Origin: Isurus oxyrinchus
Taxonomy: Eukaryota
NCBI GenBank assembly: GCA_026770705.1
Contig: JANJGN010000009.1
Location: 78,802,001-78,866,000 of the forward strand
Reading direction: 5' to 3'
DNA length: 64,000 nucleotides
This document shows positions 37,771-50,850 of this stretch, piece after piece; position 1 is the stretch's first letter, and each line of letters begins with the position of its first letter. The notes beneath the pieces are model-generated. The model searched no databases and was not told where the DNA came from. It saw nothing but the letters and a program-made list of their open reading frames with translations. The translations under genes and the position numbers were made by a program.

Positions 37771-39803
37771 ACGAGGTATTTGTTTATATCACAAGAGGTG
37801 CTAGAATGAAGAATTAAACCAGACTACATTTAATGCTTTAGAAATCTCAGGATCCATATGCCTCTATGACTTGATTCATTTTAAAACCTGTTTAGAAGAA
37901 TTATAATCCCAATACAGAAAAGTGAAACCGCACTATTCACAATAACCACCAGGTGGAGCAAATCCGCTCATTTATTGACATCTGAAAGCAATGAACAAAC
38001 AGATAATTAGTACATTCGTCTAAATTCCTCTATTTTATGGGGTGACCATTCATTTATTTTAACCAACTTAACAGCACAATTAAAACAGCAGAGTTTTTTT
38101 TCAGAAGAATGCATTAAGCATTTGTGTGTCAATGTCCTATGCCGTTTTTCAAACCAATTCTGAATAGCTCCATCAAACGGAATTATGCCAGAAATTGCAT
38201 TATTGTAATAATAAAAATCATATGATTTCTGCATTATTTCCTGTGTTACACTGCACAGTTTGCAATGCTAGAAGAGATTTCAGTTTTGCATAATCTGCAA
38301 CATAAATAATATCTGGGATTTACATGTTAATTACAGACTTCCTTATTTTGATGTTGGACATTTTCTGATGCAAAGAGTAATAAAAGCTGCATAGAATCTC
38401 ATAACTGCGCCTGTAGTATTTTTCGTTCTTCAGTAGTTTACAGTTCAGTGCACCATACAGAATGTGTGATATCTAAATGCTGTAATATGAAAAATGTTAG
38501 CTTCTTGCATGTTATCCCACATAAAGCTTCATGCAAAATGTTTGCCCTGCGCTGTTAGGGGCGGTTAGGTAGGGAATACTCATTTTATGGAAATTGGATA
38601 TTCAAAAATAAGAAGGGAAATGGAAAACTTCATTCTTGTGGGAATATGTATTCTAATTCAAAACATCGCCCTTTCATGCCCCACTTCAAATCCCATCTGG
38701 TTCCTGCTTTCGTTCCCACAACAGCAGTGATAGGTAGAGATATTAAAATCTGAAATCATTTTATTCCTTATAGATTGGATCTGTTTCCCCAATCTGTGAG
38801 AGTGAGCCAATAGGAATTGACAAAGAAAGTGGAACATCAGGAAATATCTGGTGGATACTAGGAGTTTTATATTTGGAATAAACTTTTATAAAGTCTAATT
38901 ACCTTGATTATAGCGACTGTGGAATAAGGATGCCAACACTCCAAGGTTGCCCTGAAGTATCCAACAACAGCAATTTGTATTTTTGTAGAGCCTTGAACAC
39001 AGTAAAATGTGCCAATGTGTTTTACAGGAGCATTAAAAACCAAAATTTGACACCAAGCCACACAAAGTGGTATTAGATCAAGGACCAAAGCTTGGTCAAA
39101 GAGGATTAAGTTGGAAAGAGAGAATGGTGGAAAAGTTGAAAGGGGGAATTCCAGAGTTTAGGGCCTTAGCAATGGGTCAGGCTTGTGGCCAGAAGCTCAC
39201 AGGTTATGAAGAGCTTGGTTCAGCCGCACAGGAATTAAAGATTAACCAAAGCATTATTGTGGCAATGAAAAAGTTTTTATTTCCATTTCCTTTGGGTACC
39301 AATAAGTTATAAAAAATATCAGCGATAAAAACAGAAAAGGCTGTTTGAGTGGGCTGGGCAATTGGAGGTGGGAGGTCATATGATAAAACCTTCAAGAATA
39401 TATCTAACCAATGCTGGCAACTCGACTGCAGTAGTAGAGAGGTGAGAAACAGAGATTGGAGAGGAGGCAGTGACAAATACTCAAAGAATAAAGGAAACAG
39501 TCCAAAGGAGAATAAGAAAGCAAAGAAAAAAGTGCTGCATGTATGAGTCAAGAAAGCAAAGAGACTGAAATAGCAGAAAAGGATGACCCATTGGTCAGCA
39601 GCTATCTTCATTGTGGAAGTCGTATACTGGTTCCCAAGCTTTTTCTCCTGGTGCATTCAATTGGATTCCAGGAAGTTTGTGTTTTTCATACAATACCATT
39701 ACTCATGCCTGTTTCATAAAATACTCAAATTTCATGTTGATGTCATCTTTAACCTTTGACTCAGTACCTCATGACTCTATTTAGCCTTTATTACTCTGAC
39801 TAT

Positions 39804-40174
39804 TCATCTAGGATGCAAATTCAGATTTTGGATTGCATAGGGACTAGACTCCTTATTCAGCCACATTTCTTTGTCTCCTTGCTCCTTCTGCTCGACTCTG
39901 TCAACCATCACAGCTGCCACTTCTGGGCTGAAGATATTGTCTGAGGTCCTGTACTGTCTGGTCAGTTGTCGAAATGAAGCATCAGAAGAGGCATCATCCT
40001 CATCATCTGAAATCTTGGTATGCTCATTTTCACTTTCTTGGTTGTCTTCTGGCTCACTAAGGAGCTTCCTGATGTCTTGTTTCACCAACACGTGAAATCC
40101 AAAAGCACAGAGGATGAATACCAAGCCAGAACATACACCTGACACAAAGAACAGAGCTGCTTTCTCCGGGAGAC
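39804..40174 (-). CDS. EVA1C-like: EVA1C-like last exon (TM helix plus FAM176-type cytoplasmic tail)
   Basis: cccAG acceptor. Reads (G)LPEKAALFFVSGVCSGLVFILCAFG...DDEDDASSD...AAVMVDRVEQKEQGDKEMWLN...HPR*, matching the EVA1-family PERAALxFVSGVCxGL and ERIERREQ..EIW motifs. Confidence 0.9.
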
Positions 40175-41159
40175 CTGGGATGAAACAGATTAGGGAAAAA
40201 TCAAACCTTTTATGCAATCTGTAAACAAAGTTGCTACCCATCAAGCTTTTGAATGGCCTTCCTGAAAAATTCTGAAATACAAAGCAGAGGCCGAGGAAAG
40301 AATTTTAACTAAACCCCCCACCCTCCACCCCCTTCACAAAACAGCTGGATTGGGTTGAGTGGTATGTTAAGACATTAAAAATCGCAAACATGAACTCAAC
40401 CAGCCTCGAACTCAGTCACTTCCAGTTTTAACACATGCCAATAGGATGTAGGCAACTAACCTATTTCCAAGAGGTAGGTTCATCATTTAATATTTTAACG
40501 AGGGTACATGTCTCTCATTTTACATCCATTTTAAATTTCAGCTGATTGTCCAGGTTTCTTGGACCTCGGGACATCTGGCAACTTGAGGACTATTGGATCT
40601 AGCAGGTTAGTGCCTTTCCAGTGCTGCTTATGGGCCAGAAGGAACTGTGATACTTCTTCCTGACCCGCCGAGCTAACCTGCATCCAATATCCCACCCACC
40701 CCATGAACGGCTGTCTCCCCCCTTCACCGACCTTGCAATCTAATCTTCCAGACCCCGTCATGCCAAGCTACACTGCCCCCTAAACCACAATCTCCCACTG
40801 CCATCTTTCCAATCTCTCCTCTGTGGTCCTGGCAACAACCACTGATCTCCCATCCAGCCCATCTGATCTCTTAGCATCTGGCCTCCAATTTCTCCTCCCA
40901 CCAGCATTTCTGATTCCTCCTTCCTCCTCTCCACTTTCTGTCTGTAAGCTAATGCTCACCATCCAATAGCCAGCCAGCTTCTCAAACTGGCGCTGCCAGG
41001 AAAACTCAAAACATTTTAATCAGTCCAGTGTTAAATTCGACAAAACCTGAGGGGGAGCTCTTCCTCCCAGATTCTCGAATGCAAAACTGGCTCTCAACCC
41101 CGTTTCCTCCTCATCCACCTCCAACATAAAAATCAGGCCCAAACAGCTGTACATCTGCA

Positions 41160-41272
41160 CTCTGAAGAGCTCTGAAGAAGAGTCATATAGGCTCAAAACG
41201 TTAACTCTGTTTCTCTCTCCACAGATGCTGCCAGACCTGCTGAGTTTTTCCAGCATTTTCTGTTTTTATTCC
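41160..41272 (+). mobile_element. Short PLE pLTR unit with canonical-core hammerhead remnant
   Basis: agct-CTGAAGA-A-GAGTC-atata-GGCTC-AAAACGTT-aact followed by cagatgctgccagacctgctgagtttttccagc. Confidence 0.75.
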
Positions 41273-41855
41273 AAACATCTGTACGTGTTCTCACTTACAA
41301 TGTAAAGATTTTAGTTATTAATATTTTCAATGAATTTTCTTTAATGACAAAGAAAATATTAAAAATCAAACCAGGATCCCATCCACTGTCCCACTGCTAT
41401 CCTGCCCTTTATTTAGTTTGGATTTGTCCAAACATGGCAGCATTAGAAAGGATGCTACATAAAGCTGTCACTTTCAGCCATTATTACTCTCCTCCTGAGC
41501 TGTCAGTGGGATCTTGGGAGTTGATATTCATCTAATATTATCAAGTCTCAGAACTATGCAAAACAAGACTGGCCCATTCATGTTATAATCAAGTTAGTTG
41601 CTTCAAATATTTTCTTTTATATAAAGACAAATCTATATGCACCTTTTTTGAGGTAATATTAAAACAATTGGACTTGCTGTCAATAACTGGGAGAGAATAG
41701 ACCAAAATATAGATGAAAATAAGAGAAATGTTAGCAAGTTAGTGGAAAACGAATATTCCCAAATTCCTGGAAAGTTATACCATTTATTAAATGAATTTAG
41801 TTTTTTACATTTTAAAGCATTATTATATGCACATTAGCAGCACAGAGAAACATAC

Positions 41856-41948
41856 CCCTAATGTGCGCAAGAGTGGCCAGAGAACTGCTAACAATCACGA
41901 CATCTTTGGCATAAAGCATGGATATTCTTGGGCCATTATACCAACCAC
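41856..41948 (-). CDS. EVA1C-like: EVA1C-like juxtamembrane exon
   Basis: gcAG...GTATGT, 93 nt, (G)GWYNGPRISMLYAKDVVIVSSSLATLAHIR(G). Phases join both neighbours; resembles EVA1 SNxLAAYAxI. Confidence 0.85.
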
Positions 41949-43311
41949 CTGCAGCAAATAAGTACAAACTAACTGAGAAGGCTTTCAAAACTGACTATCT
42001 CCACTATTCAGTACCATACTATGAAGAGTGAGTTTCAACCAATTTTAGGCTGAAAATTATGAAAATAATGTGCATGGACTTAGAATTATGCTCTGTAAAT
42101 GTTAGGTTAGCACATTTGTATACAGAGTGAAATGGGTTAAAATAAATTGGTTAATATTTTCCTTTAACAAAGCAGACAAATGAATTGTGTATAGATATTG
42201 TAAGTAGCTGTGCCCTACTGTTCAGACAGGTAATTTTGAAAGCAATGGTTCTATAGAATTGAGACATCATTTCCATTTTCTGCAGATCACATCAGTATAT
42301 ATTTTCATTTGTTATGTTTTCTTGAAACAAATTCACTTTCAAAATTTTCCAATAGACCGTACATATATTTATAATCATTATAACATTTTTTTCTTACGGT
42401 CATTCTTGCCTAACTTAAAGAATGCCTAATTTGGTCTTTATGGTCTTTTCTCATTCCCTCTCTCAATTTGCTGCTTCTTCCCAGGGTACAATTCAATGCT
42501 GCCCCCCAATCTCTCACCCAGTGCTCATTCTTCAGCAGATGTTGGTGGGCTATGACAATGCCAACTGCTGAAATTATCTGTACATGAGTTTCTTGACATG
42601 TTTTTTATATTTGTTCCAATTTTCTCCATTTCTCTACTGAAGACATTCGCTCCTTACAGTGCACAAACACCAGCATCCCTATAGTGCTTTGCTCAAGTGA
42701 CCTGTCTTCATGTGATCCATAATAGTGAGTACTGCAGACCATGCGATCTTAAATAAAAGGCATTATGGTTGATCTCAACCTTATCCTAAGCATCATCTAC
42801 ACATGCACACATTGTAGTGATCATTGGACAGCAACCCAGTCTGAAAAACCTGGTCAAATTTTCCCCTCCCACATACAGGCCAGAGAGGTCCATTGTAGCA
42901 TCTTACGATTGACTTAAGTAAGATAAGTTAACTGAAGTTGAACCTGGGTTCTTTGGGGCAGTAGACAGAATTTTAATTGTTATTGTCATGCGAAAAATAG
43001 GTAAAACAGGCTGCTAATTCGCTATCTTTCCCTGCAATAATTTAAATGACCTTCCTGTATGGCTCAACTACAAGTGGTTTTCAGCAATTATCAACTAGAT
43101 TTGATGTAAGTTATTAGTTTGCTTTGCCTTAGAGATGAACAATGACTTGTGACAAGAACTATTTGTTGTCGGATCAATTCTTCAAAGTGTAACAAAACTA
43201 TTGAAAAATAAATGCTATAATGTAGAACCAACATTTTTCAGTAACTAAATAACTTGAAAAACATTCCTTTTATTCAATTGCATAAACAAAGTCAAATGTT
43301 AGAATTTATAC

Positions 43312-43383
43312 CATGCGTATAATCCGATATTAAGAATGGCTTCACTGCTCCTTGACCAGCTTCTTCAAACAGCTTTTTTGGAA
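43312..43383 (-). CDS. EVA1C-like: EVA1C-like stalk exon
   Basis: ttcAG...GTATAA, 72 nt, (V)PKKLFEEAGQGAVKPFLISDYTH(G); phase-compatible. Confidence 0.8.
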
Positions 43384-43474
43384 CTGAAATTTTAAAATAT
43401 AAATAATTACACTGATTAATTGTTTTTATTTATCTGTTTTACTAGTAGTATTTAGAAATCTCTGATTTTCTTAC

Positions 43475-43618
43475 CGCATGTGTATGATACTTGGAGTTGT
43501 TTGCGGACTCCAGGGAAACAGGGATCACCGAAACTCATAACACTGGCAATGATCGAACAATTAGGTTTGCCATGGCAGCTCGATGATGTTTGTCTTAAAG
43601 CTGTAGGTGACAAGCACT
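43475..43618 (-). CDS. EVA1C-like: EVA1C-like exon, second SUEL lectin domain C-half
   Basis: 144 nt, (E)CLSPTALRQTSSSCHGKPNCSIIASVMSFGDPCFPGVRKQLQVSYTC, GTAAG donor. Confidence 0.92.
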
Positions 43619-44226
43619 CTGGAAAGAATGGAAGTTATTCATAGCACTGCACCATCTAATTTCTTCACAATTACTCATCTTTGCTCCTCTTCTGTTCTCC
43701 TGCCACGACAGTTCACAGGAGCCAACCATACTCCACTACTCACCCCAAACAACTCCCTGTATGTATTTTAAAGAGCAAATGTTTGCATTTTATTGTACAG
43801 GTGAGGGGAGATTAACCAATTTTGAAGTTATCGGTGATATTTTTGGATCATTTTACTCTAGATATTTTTGTCTTTAGTCTTTCAAACTACTTTCGTAAAT
43901 GAAAACATCACTTCCTAAAGTCTGAAGAGTGTCTATGCTTACCGTACTATCTTGATAGGTTTGATATCTTGCCTCGGATTACAAAGGAAAAACCATTCCT
44001 TTGCTTATGTTAGTTACTGGTTCTATCCTCTAACTTAACTATAATTTTTCAGAAGTTCAAGATATCTTTGAAGTTTTCAGATGCATTCATTGATTTGAAA
44101 AGCACAGGCTAACAAGCACAACTGAAATAGTAACCAGAGTTTGTAAATGTATGCACCTTTCTGCTGAATAGAAAGAGATGCTTGTCATACACATACATTT
44201 CAAACAGCTTGCTTGTGTTTGAGTTA

Positions 44227-44635
44227 CCATAAATCGCAGTGTATAAGTTGACCCGACATGTTTTCGACCCATTTTTCCAGCCTCAATCATCATGTTTCTA
44301 CATATACTCTGCATATAAGTCAACCCCCCTTTTCAGCTATGACATGCTATACTCACATTAGTAGTCAGCCTCAAATTTTCACCCCATGAATATATGTTTT
44401 ACTTACTGGTACCTTATAACCGGATGCAAGGGATCAAGCTGGCAATACAGGCTGTATTGCAGAGGTGCAGGAGTCTAAGACGTGCCCACTCTTTGCACTG
44501 GATCCCAATTACATTTCAAAATGGTGACTGCCCACACCGGCAGTTCACTTCTGTACTCTGCATATAAATCGACCCCCATTTTTGGAGGGATTTTTCTGAG
44601 GCTTCAAAGGTCGTCTTATACACCAACATCTATGG
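44227..44635. mobile_element. Tc1/mariner (pogo-like) MITE
   Basis: TA flanks; imperfect TIRs CCATAAAT..GTGTATAAG / CTTATACAC..ATCTATGG; internal repeats of tataagtc(g/a)acccc. Confidence 0.65.
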
Positions 44636-44854
44636 TATGCGATTTGTTTCCTGCTTCAAGCAAGCTTCTGACAGGTTGACTGCTTCATCATTGAAACATT
44701 CTATCATTTATGCTGGACAATGATTTCTCTGAGTGAAGCTATTTTTAAATTCCTTTTGCACTGTAATTGAATTACAGAAATCAATACCAAGCAGAAAAAA
44801 AAGACACAAATGCTTCAGTGTTGTTACACCATCCTTAACCCACATCCACACAAA

Positions 44855-45218
44855 GGCCAGAATTTCTGGCTTGACAAGCCGGGGCGGGGCCCGCTCGCCG
44901 GGGCATAAAATGAGGGGGCATGTTTTAAATTTTTATAATTTCTTTATTTAGATGTTTACAACTTAAACTAATTTCCCTGAGGCACACAGATGCCTCAGAG
45001 AGATTTCTGCACTCTTTCGTGCGCATGCGTGAAAGAGTGCAGGCCCCGACTCAGGGAACCATCCGCACAGAGAGTGCACAGCGCTTCCAGGTGCGCATCA
45101 CGCTGAGCGGGCCTTAATTGGCCCCCCACATAAAATAGCAACGCAGACCCAATCAGGGGCACCATTCGAGTTCGAGCTCGCCCCCGTACAACCCTCCAGA
45201 CGGGGGAAAAATTCTCCC
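44855..45218. mobile_element. Internally deleted Harbinger-type MITE
   Basis: GGCCAGAATTT...AAAATTCTCCC termini with shared internal motifs (ctgaggca, gcgcatgcg, gccttaattggc). Confidence 0.7.
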
Positions 45219-46052
45219 CAAGAGCACTTTGCAGCATTGGTCAGTGGACAATAAGCAGCAACAAGACTTCTGGTTAATTTTTTTTTGTTATTCCCTAGCA
45301 TAGGCTATTGAGGTTATTGTAGTGCCTTTACAACAACAGCAATACCTTATATTTATATAGCACCCTTAACATAAAAAATTCCCAAGGTGCTTCACAAGAG
45401 TATTGTAAAACAAAATATGACACTGACACAAGGAAATATTTGGCTGGATGATCAAAGGCTTGATCAAAAAGGAAGGTTTTAAGGAATGTCTTAAAGGAGG
45501 AAAGAGTGGTAGAGAGTCGTTAGGGTTTAGGTAGGGGTTCCCAGAGTTAAGGCCTAGGCAGCTGAAAGCAAGGCCAGTAGTAGTGGAGCAATGAGAAAAC
45601 TACCACTTAATTGAACATCTATTTCATTCTCCTGATTTCAAAGCAACAACTGTTTTAGAGGACAATAAAAAAAATTGTAGACTGTGTTTAAAAAAAAAAG
45701 TGTAATTAGGTTTAAAAACAGTTGGCAGTCAGTGAAAACTGTCAGCTCCCCAATCACTTGGTGAACTATATCACTTGGCATAGTACTGAGATACATGGAC
45801 CAAAAGAATTTCAGATCTCAGTACCCAAAATGTGCTGAGTCCACGTATCTCAGTAAGGTAATAAGGCTAAGGAGAAGGGCAAATAAACACGAGGGTTCTT
45901 GCTCCAGGTGGTCAGTAACCAGTCAGCAGAAAGTGCCTGTGTGACAGCAGTATAGAAATAAAAACTAAAATACTGCAGATAATGGAAATCAGAAACTAGA
46001 ACAGAAAGTACTGGAAACTCTGCAAATTTGGAATCCCTGGCTATGGGCTCAC

Positions 46053-46205
46053 CGATATCTGGCGTTGTGTTGTTCACTGAGGGGCATTCCATATTCCCAT
46101 AGAGGGCTCGTCCAAAACTTGCAGCGTAAATGACAAGGATGCTTTGGTTCTTACACTGGAGTTGTAGTTTCTCATTCTCGCACACAAGTTTGCTTTTGTG
46201 TCCAT
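46053..46205 (-). CDS. EVA1C-like: EVA1C-like exon, second SUEL lectin domain N-half
   Basis: tacAG...GTGAG, 153 nt, (D)GHKSKLVCENEKLQLQCKNQSILVIYAASFGRALYGNMECPSVNNTTPDI. Confidence 0.92.
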
Positions 46206-46530
46206 CTGTAACATAAAGGAGGAAAAAAGGGATTAGACTGGAAGATGGGGCTGGGGATTGGGATGAGTGATTAACCCATGCCCATTTGTTACAATCATGC
46301 TGCCTGCTAATTTAAGTGACAGTCGCATGCAGCCAAATATTAAAGATGCTATTGAATGGCTGCACGCTTTGGCAGTGGGCCCAAGTTCACATTAGGCTAG
46401 CACCACTTAAAGCCAGTCTTCACCTCTTAAAGGGAAGATGCAGTTTGGCTGCAACAGGTGTGGGGAGTGGCTGAGGAAGAGTGTCTGACCTGCAAGAAGA
46501 GTGAACATGTTGGAACAGGGCAGACAGTAT

Positions 46531-46680
46531 GCTCCAAGATTCTCTACTGCAGCACCGGAGGCCTTAGTGCAGGTGATGAACAGGAGGAGAGAGGGCCCCT
46601 TCTTTTAGGGAGCCAAGAGGCACTCAAGAAAGACACTGAAAAGGCTTTGGGAGCAGATAGCCTTTTCAGTCAATGCCATC
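46531..46680 (+). pseudogene. Harbinger ORF2 Myb/SANT-like remnant
   Basis: APRFSTAAPEALVQVMNRRRE, then after a frameshift AKRHSRKTLKRLWEQIAFSVNA; Myb_DNA-bind_5-like pattern. Confidence 0.6.
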
Positions 46681-46699
46681 TTCAACCCTGATACTTTTA

Positions 46700-49340
46700 T
46701 AGTCCTTCAGCAGCTTATGCACCTGTTTGGATTACTTCATAAGATATGCAAGACTTTGGACATTTAGTTTTACAGTAAAAATGAAGTCTACTGATGTCTT
46801 CAACCATGAATTGAAGCTGCCTGAGGTTCTCGTTTGCCATAAGGTTGGAGATTTCTTCCCTAGTAGGCCCATTTCCACCAACAGCTGCAGGCTTAAGAAC
46901 ACCAATGGGAGTTTTTGATTGGATGTGACTATCTTTATCACTGAAATTGACAATCGGCCTGGGTATTCTACCCTCCTCTTCCATAGAGACTAGAGCTGCT
47001 CAAAGAGTTACACCAGGTGGTGATGACTAGCATGATCCTTTAGGGATGATGATAGTGTGGGCAGGTAAAGGAATAGCTTGATTTTCAGCTACTCAGATGA
47101 TTCTCAGGTCATATATAGGCTAATACATCTCTTAAGTGCATGAAGCAAAGTTGAGAACTCTTGTCCTCCTCCTGCCAGGCTCATAACATCTTTCTTGCAC
47201 TTGTCACCATACATGCTTTCCAGGGAAAACACAATTGACTTAATACTACAGGTGTCCTCAACTTCCTCACATCTACGGGAGTATCTACTGGGTCACAGAC
47301 CACCGGAAATCCAAGGTTGTGGAAGGTGTGGCAGAGAGCAGATATGGAAAGCTCAACATAGTGATAAGGGATGTCCAACCCTTGCAGAGCAGAGATTTCT
47401 TTGAGTGAAGAGACATCCACCAGCTCACATTATGCAGCTAAGTGCTCCCTGAAGAAGTGATTGGTAATGGTCGACGCTTCTATTCCTGTGTCAATTAGAC
47501 ACGACACCTTGACCTCGCCAAAGCTCACATCAACTGTTGGACAAGTTCCTGTTGCTTTTGGTAAGACAGAATCACTTCCCAAAATAATCTTGCCCTCCAT
47601 CTGGCTCTCAGTAGAAGGCTTGCCTAGTTAACAGCTGATGTGAGAGGAGGAATGCAGTTGCAGTTGATGAGGTCTCTATTCCTGCTGGCTGTGAGGTCTG
47701 AGGTTGCTGGGAGTAGTTTCATTTAAAGTGCCCAACACCATTGCAGTTCCAGCATCTGTTGGACGTACCCCTTGGATGAGATCAGCCATGAAGCTTGTTT
47801 TGGAGATAGGACAGCAAAGATTGGATCTCAGCTCGCTGTGTAGCGATGTGCTCCTCTGGTCTCTACAGCATGAGGTCTACATCCCCATCAGTGCCGATAG
47901 TCACCTCCCTGACAGTGGGTCCTTCCAGGTCTTAGTAGTCCAATCTTTCCCCATGATCCTGATGATGTGATCAGGTACGTCAAAGAAAGATAGTTGGGGC
48001 TTGACGCTGTTAAGTCACCTCAACTCCATCTGGACATTTTCATCCCTCCACCAGGTGATTTTTCAACTGTGTCCCTAGTTGGTTGAAGGAGAGATCCGGG
48101 AGGACGATGCAGTCAAACAAGTTCACACACTGAAGAAGTACTGAGAACAAGCCCTCTCCTTCGGTCTGTTTACACCCGTAGAAATTCTGCTACAGCTGCA
48201 GCAGACTCCAGCTGTTCCCAAATACCTTTCTCAGGACACAGCAGCAGCACAGGGCACACTTTTCTCAGGACACAGCAACACAGGCAGATAAGGTGGTTAA
48301 GAAGGCATATGGGATACTTGCCATTATTAGCTGAGGCACAGAATATAAGAGCAGAGAGGTTATGCTGGAGCTGTATAAAATGCAATTTAGGGCACAGCTG
48401 GAGTACTGTGCAGTTCTGGTCAGGATGTGATTGCACTGGAGAGGCTAAAGAGGAGATTCACAAGGATGTTGCCAGGGCTGGAGCATTTCAGCTATGAAGA
48501 GAGACTAGATAGGCTGGGGTTATTTTCCTTGGAGCAGAGAAGGCTGAGGGGGGACCAGATAGAGGTATACAACATTATCAGGGGCATAGGTAGGGTAGAT
48601 AGGAAGAAACTTTTCCGCTTAGCGGAAGTATCAATAACCAGCGGGCATAGATTTAAGGTAAGGAGCAGGAGGTTTAGAGGCGATTTGTGGAAAAACTTTT
48701 TCACCCAGAGGATGGTTGGAATCTGGAACACACTGCCTGAGAGGGGTGGTGGAAACAGGAACCCTCACAACATTTAAGAAGTATTTAGATGAGCACTTGA
48801 AATGCCATAGCCTACAGGGCTACGGGCCAAGTGCTGGAAAATGGGATTAGAATAGATAGGTGCTTGATGGCTGGCACAGAGATGATGGGCCGAAGGGCCT
48901 GTTTCTGTGCTGTATAATTATATGACTCTATGACTTCAAACATCAGTTGCGAGCTCCTTTTGACTTCAAAACCTCTCTCCAGTATTTCAAGAACGCTGCC
49001 TGCTCTATCACATTGAGGCCCTGGGATGCCATGACCATTTGGGCATCTTCAATCCAGTCTTCGGCCAACGGGCTGCTTGATGTTTCTGGTCTCCTTCCAA
49101 ACCTATCTAACTTCCTTCCAATTGGGAAGGCATTCTTCTTCTTTCCTTCACTGCCTAAAGTGAAGGCATATTGGGAGCCTCTTCCTGGTCTTGGCTTAAA
49201 TTTTCAACTTCTTCCTCTAAAGTCTGTGCTCCAAAGAGACTGGAGCTGCTTCAGCCTCCCTCATGGATATGACCAGTTGCAGCTCCTCCACTACCTGTTC
49301 CATCTCTGTCAAACGCCTTTCCACCTCATCCACCATGACT
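46700..49340 (-). mobile_element. Decayed Gypsy LTR retrotransposon gag-protease, interrupted by CR1
   Basis: PNMA-like gag RKLDRFGRRPE..EDWIEDAQMVMASQGLNVIEQAAFL (~49000-49110), knuckle CWNCNGVGHFK (~47730), protease GTCPTVDVSFGEVKVSCLIDTG (~47480-47550) and GLDIPY..VEL. Confidence 0.8.
48281..48935 (+). mobile_element. CR1 3' fragment
   Basis: ALERLKRRFTRMLPGLEHFSYEERLDRLGLFSLEQRRLRGD, with a (tatgact)n tail. Confidence 0.92.
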
Positions 49341-50384
49341 CAAACACTGAGCAGTACACAAGAGGCTGAGCAGTGCTGGTGTCACTTTGGACCTTGTCAC
49401 CCACACTTGAGGTAAACTTCTTAGGTTTGATGCCTGCATTGTAGAATCTGACTTCCAACACCAAAATATAATGCAGGATTTAAGCACACAGAATGCATGA
49501 AAGCTCAATGCAATGATCCTTTATTTCACCGGCCAAACCTACAAGCACATTCATGAAAAAACTCAACCTGAAGAAACAAACATTTTATAATGGACAGATC
49601 GTGGCCCAACACTCCAGACACACAAGAAACCCATCGAGAGCTCAACTCCTGGTGTCTAATCAGCTGTGTAGCAGAGTTGGTTCTAGAACAGTGGGAGCAG
49701 AAGCAATGGTTAGTGATTGCAGCAAAGAAACAAGCTTGGGAGACACCTCGCTTGTATTTTCCTCATCCCAGGACTTCCAAGACTTGGGGTAGGGAAAAGG
49801 GGATTCTGTGCATTCCAGATGATCTTCCTTGGTCTCTAATGGCTGCATGCCTGATCCACTTCCTCTCACCAGTACCCCAGACACTGAGAGAGGTTTCGGG
49901 CTGTTCTCTTTGTGGCGCTTGCTCCTACCACACCACAGCTCACTATTCCAGGGCTCCTGCTTCTTCTGTCTGCTGCTGCTCTCTCCTCATGACCTCTTCA
50001 GCCTGCTTGCAAGGCTTTTGGCCCCCACCCTCAGAAACGGTCACTCTCCATCATTGTCGCCTACTGGTGGAGGCCAGGCCAACAGAGCTTCTCAGCAGCT
50101 GCAGGGAATGCACTGTAGAGACTGCGCCACAGAAGGCGAAGTCCAGTGTCCAGCCCCGCACCAAAGTCCAGAGTCGGAGGTCAGGGCTCGTTTTGACTGC
50201 CCTGCTACAAATGCTTGCTGCCCATCTGTTTGTGGCTTGCGCACTGCAGCCAGGAGCCAGGTGGTCAGTGAATAGCCCTAGTGACCCAGTTGCCACCCTC
50301 TGGTTTGATACTGATGCTGATACTACTACTGATACTGCTATTTTTATACTGATACAAATATGATGGAATGGCAGAGTGACAGAG

Positions 50385-50850
50385 AATAAAAGCATCATGA
50401 TTGCTGCCAGGTCATTAGCCTGCATGATGTGCTGAGCATGGTCGCACACCAACTGCACATTCAGGGAGTAGAACTGTTGGTATTGCAGTACATCTGCATT
50501 TAGAAACAGTGCCCACAAAGCCACCCTGCTCATGGGAAAGCTTGCCATCCTGGCAAGGCCACATGCACGTTCTGCCTACTTCTCTCAGGTCAGAGAGAAC
50601 ACAACATATTCCCCTCTCTAAAAGAAAGAAAACCTGCCAACTCCCTTGTACAGCAGTGGACAACAGACTGGGAGAAGTTAGAGGTGTCACCAGCTCTGCC
50701 TGCAAGGATTCCAATATAAAGTTTCTGGCAACAACCAGTCTTAAATTCATAACCACTGGCAGTGCTGCCTTCACCCTCTCCTCCTTCTCCCTCTCTAAGC
50801 AGTGTGTCCTCCTCTCTGTTGCATCTGCCCATTCTCCCTACCTTGCTGCA
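50385..50850 (-). pseudogene. Harbinger transposase remnant
   Basis: ALPVV, AGDTSNFSQSVVHCCTRE, GLARMASFPM and FYSLNVQLVCDHAQHIM correspond to HARBI1-family motifs, frameshifted. Confidence 0.75.

Noticed and set aside
29600-39800. APLN expected 3' of OCRL from human synteny
   Set aside because: No RPRLSHKGPMPF-like coding sequence was noticed on either strand by eye.
49590-50363. 257-aa + strand ORF
   Set aside because: No recognisable domain or splice context; it lies in decayed transposon sequence inside an EVA1C-like intron.
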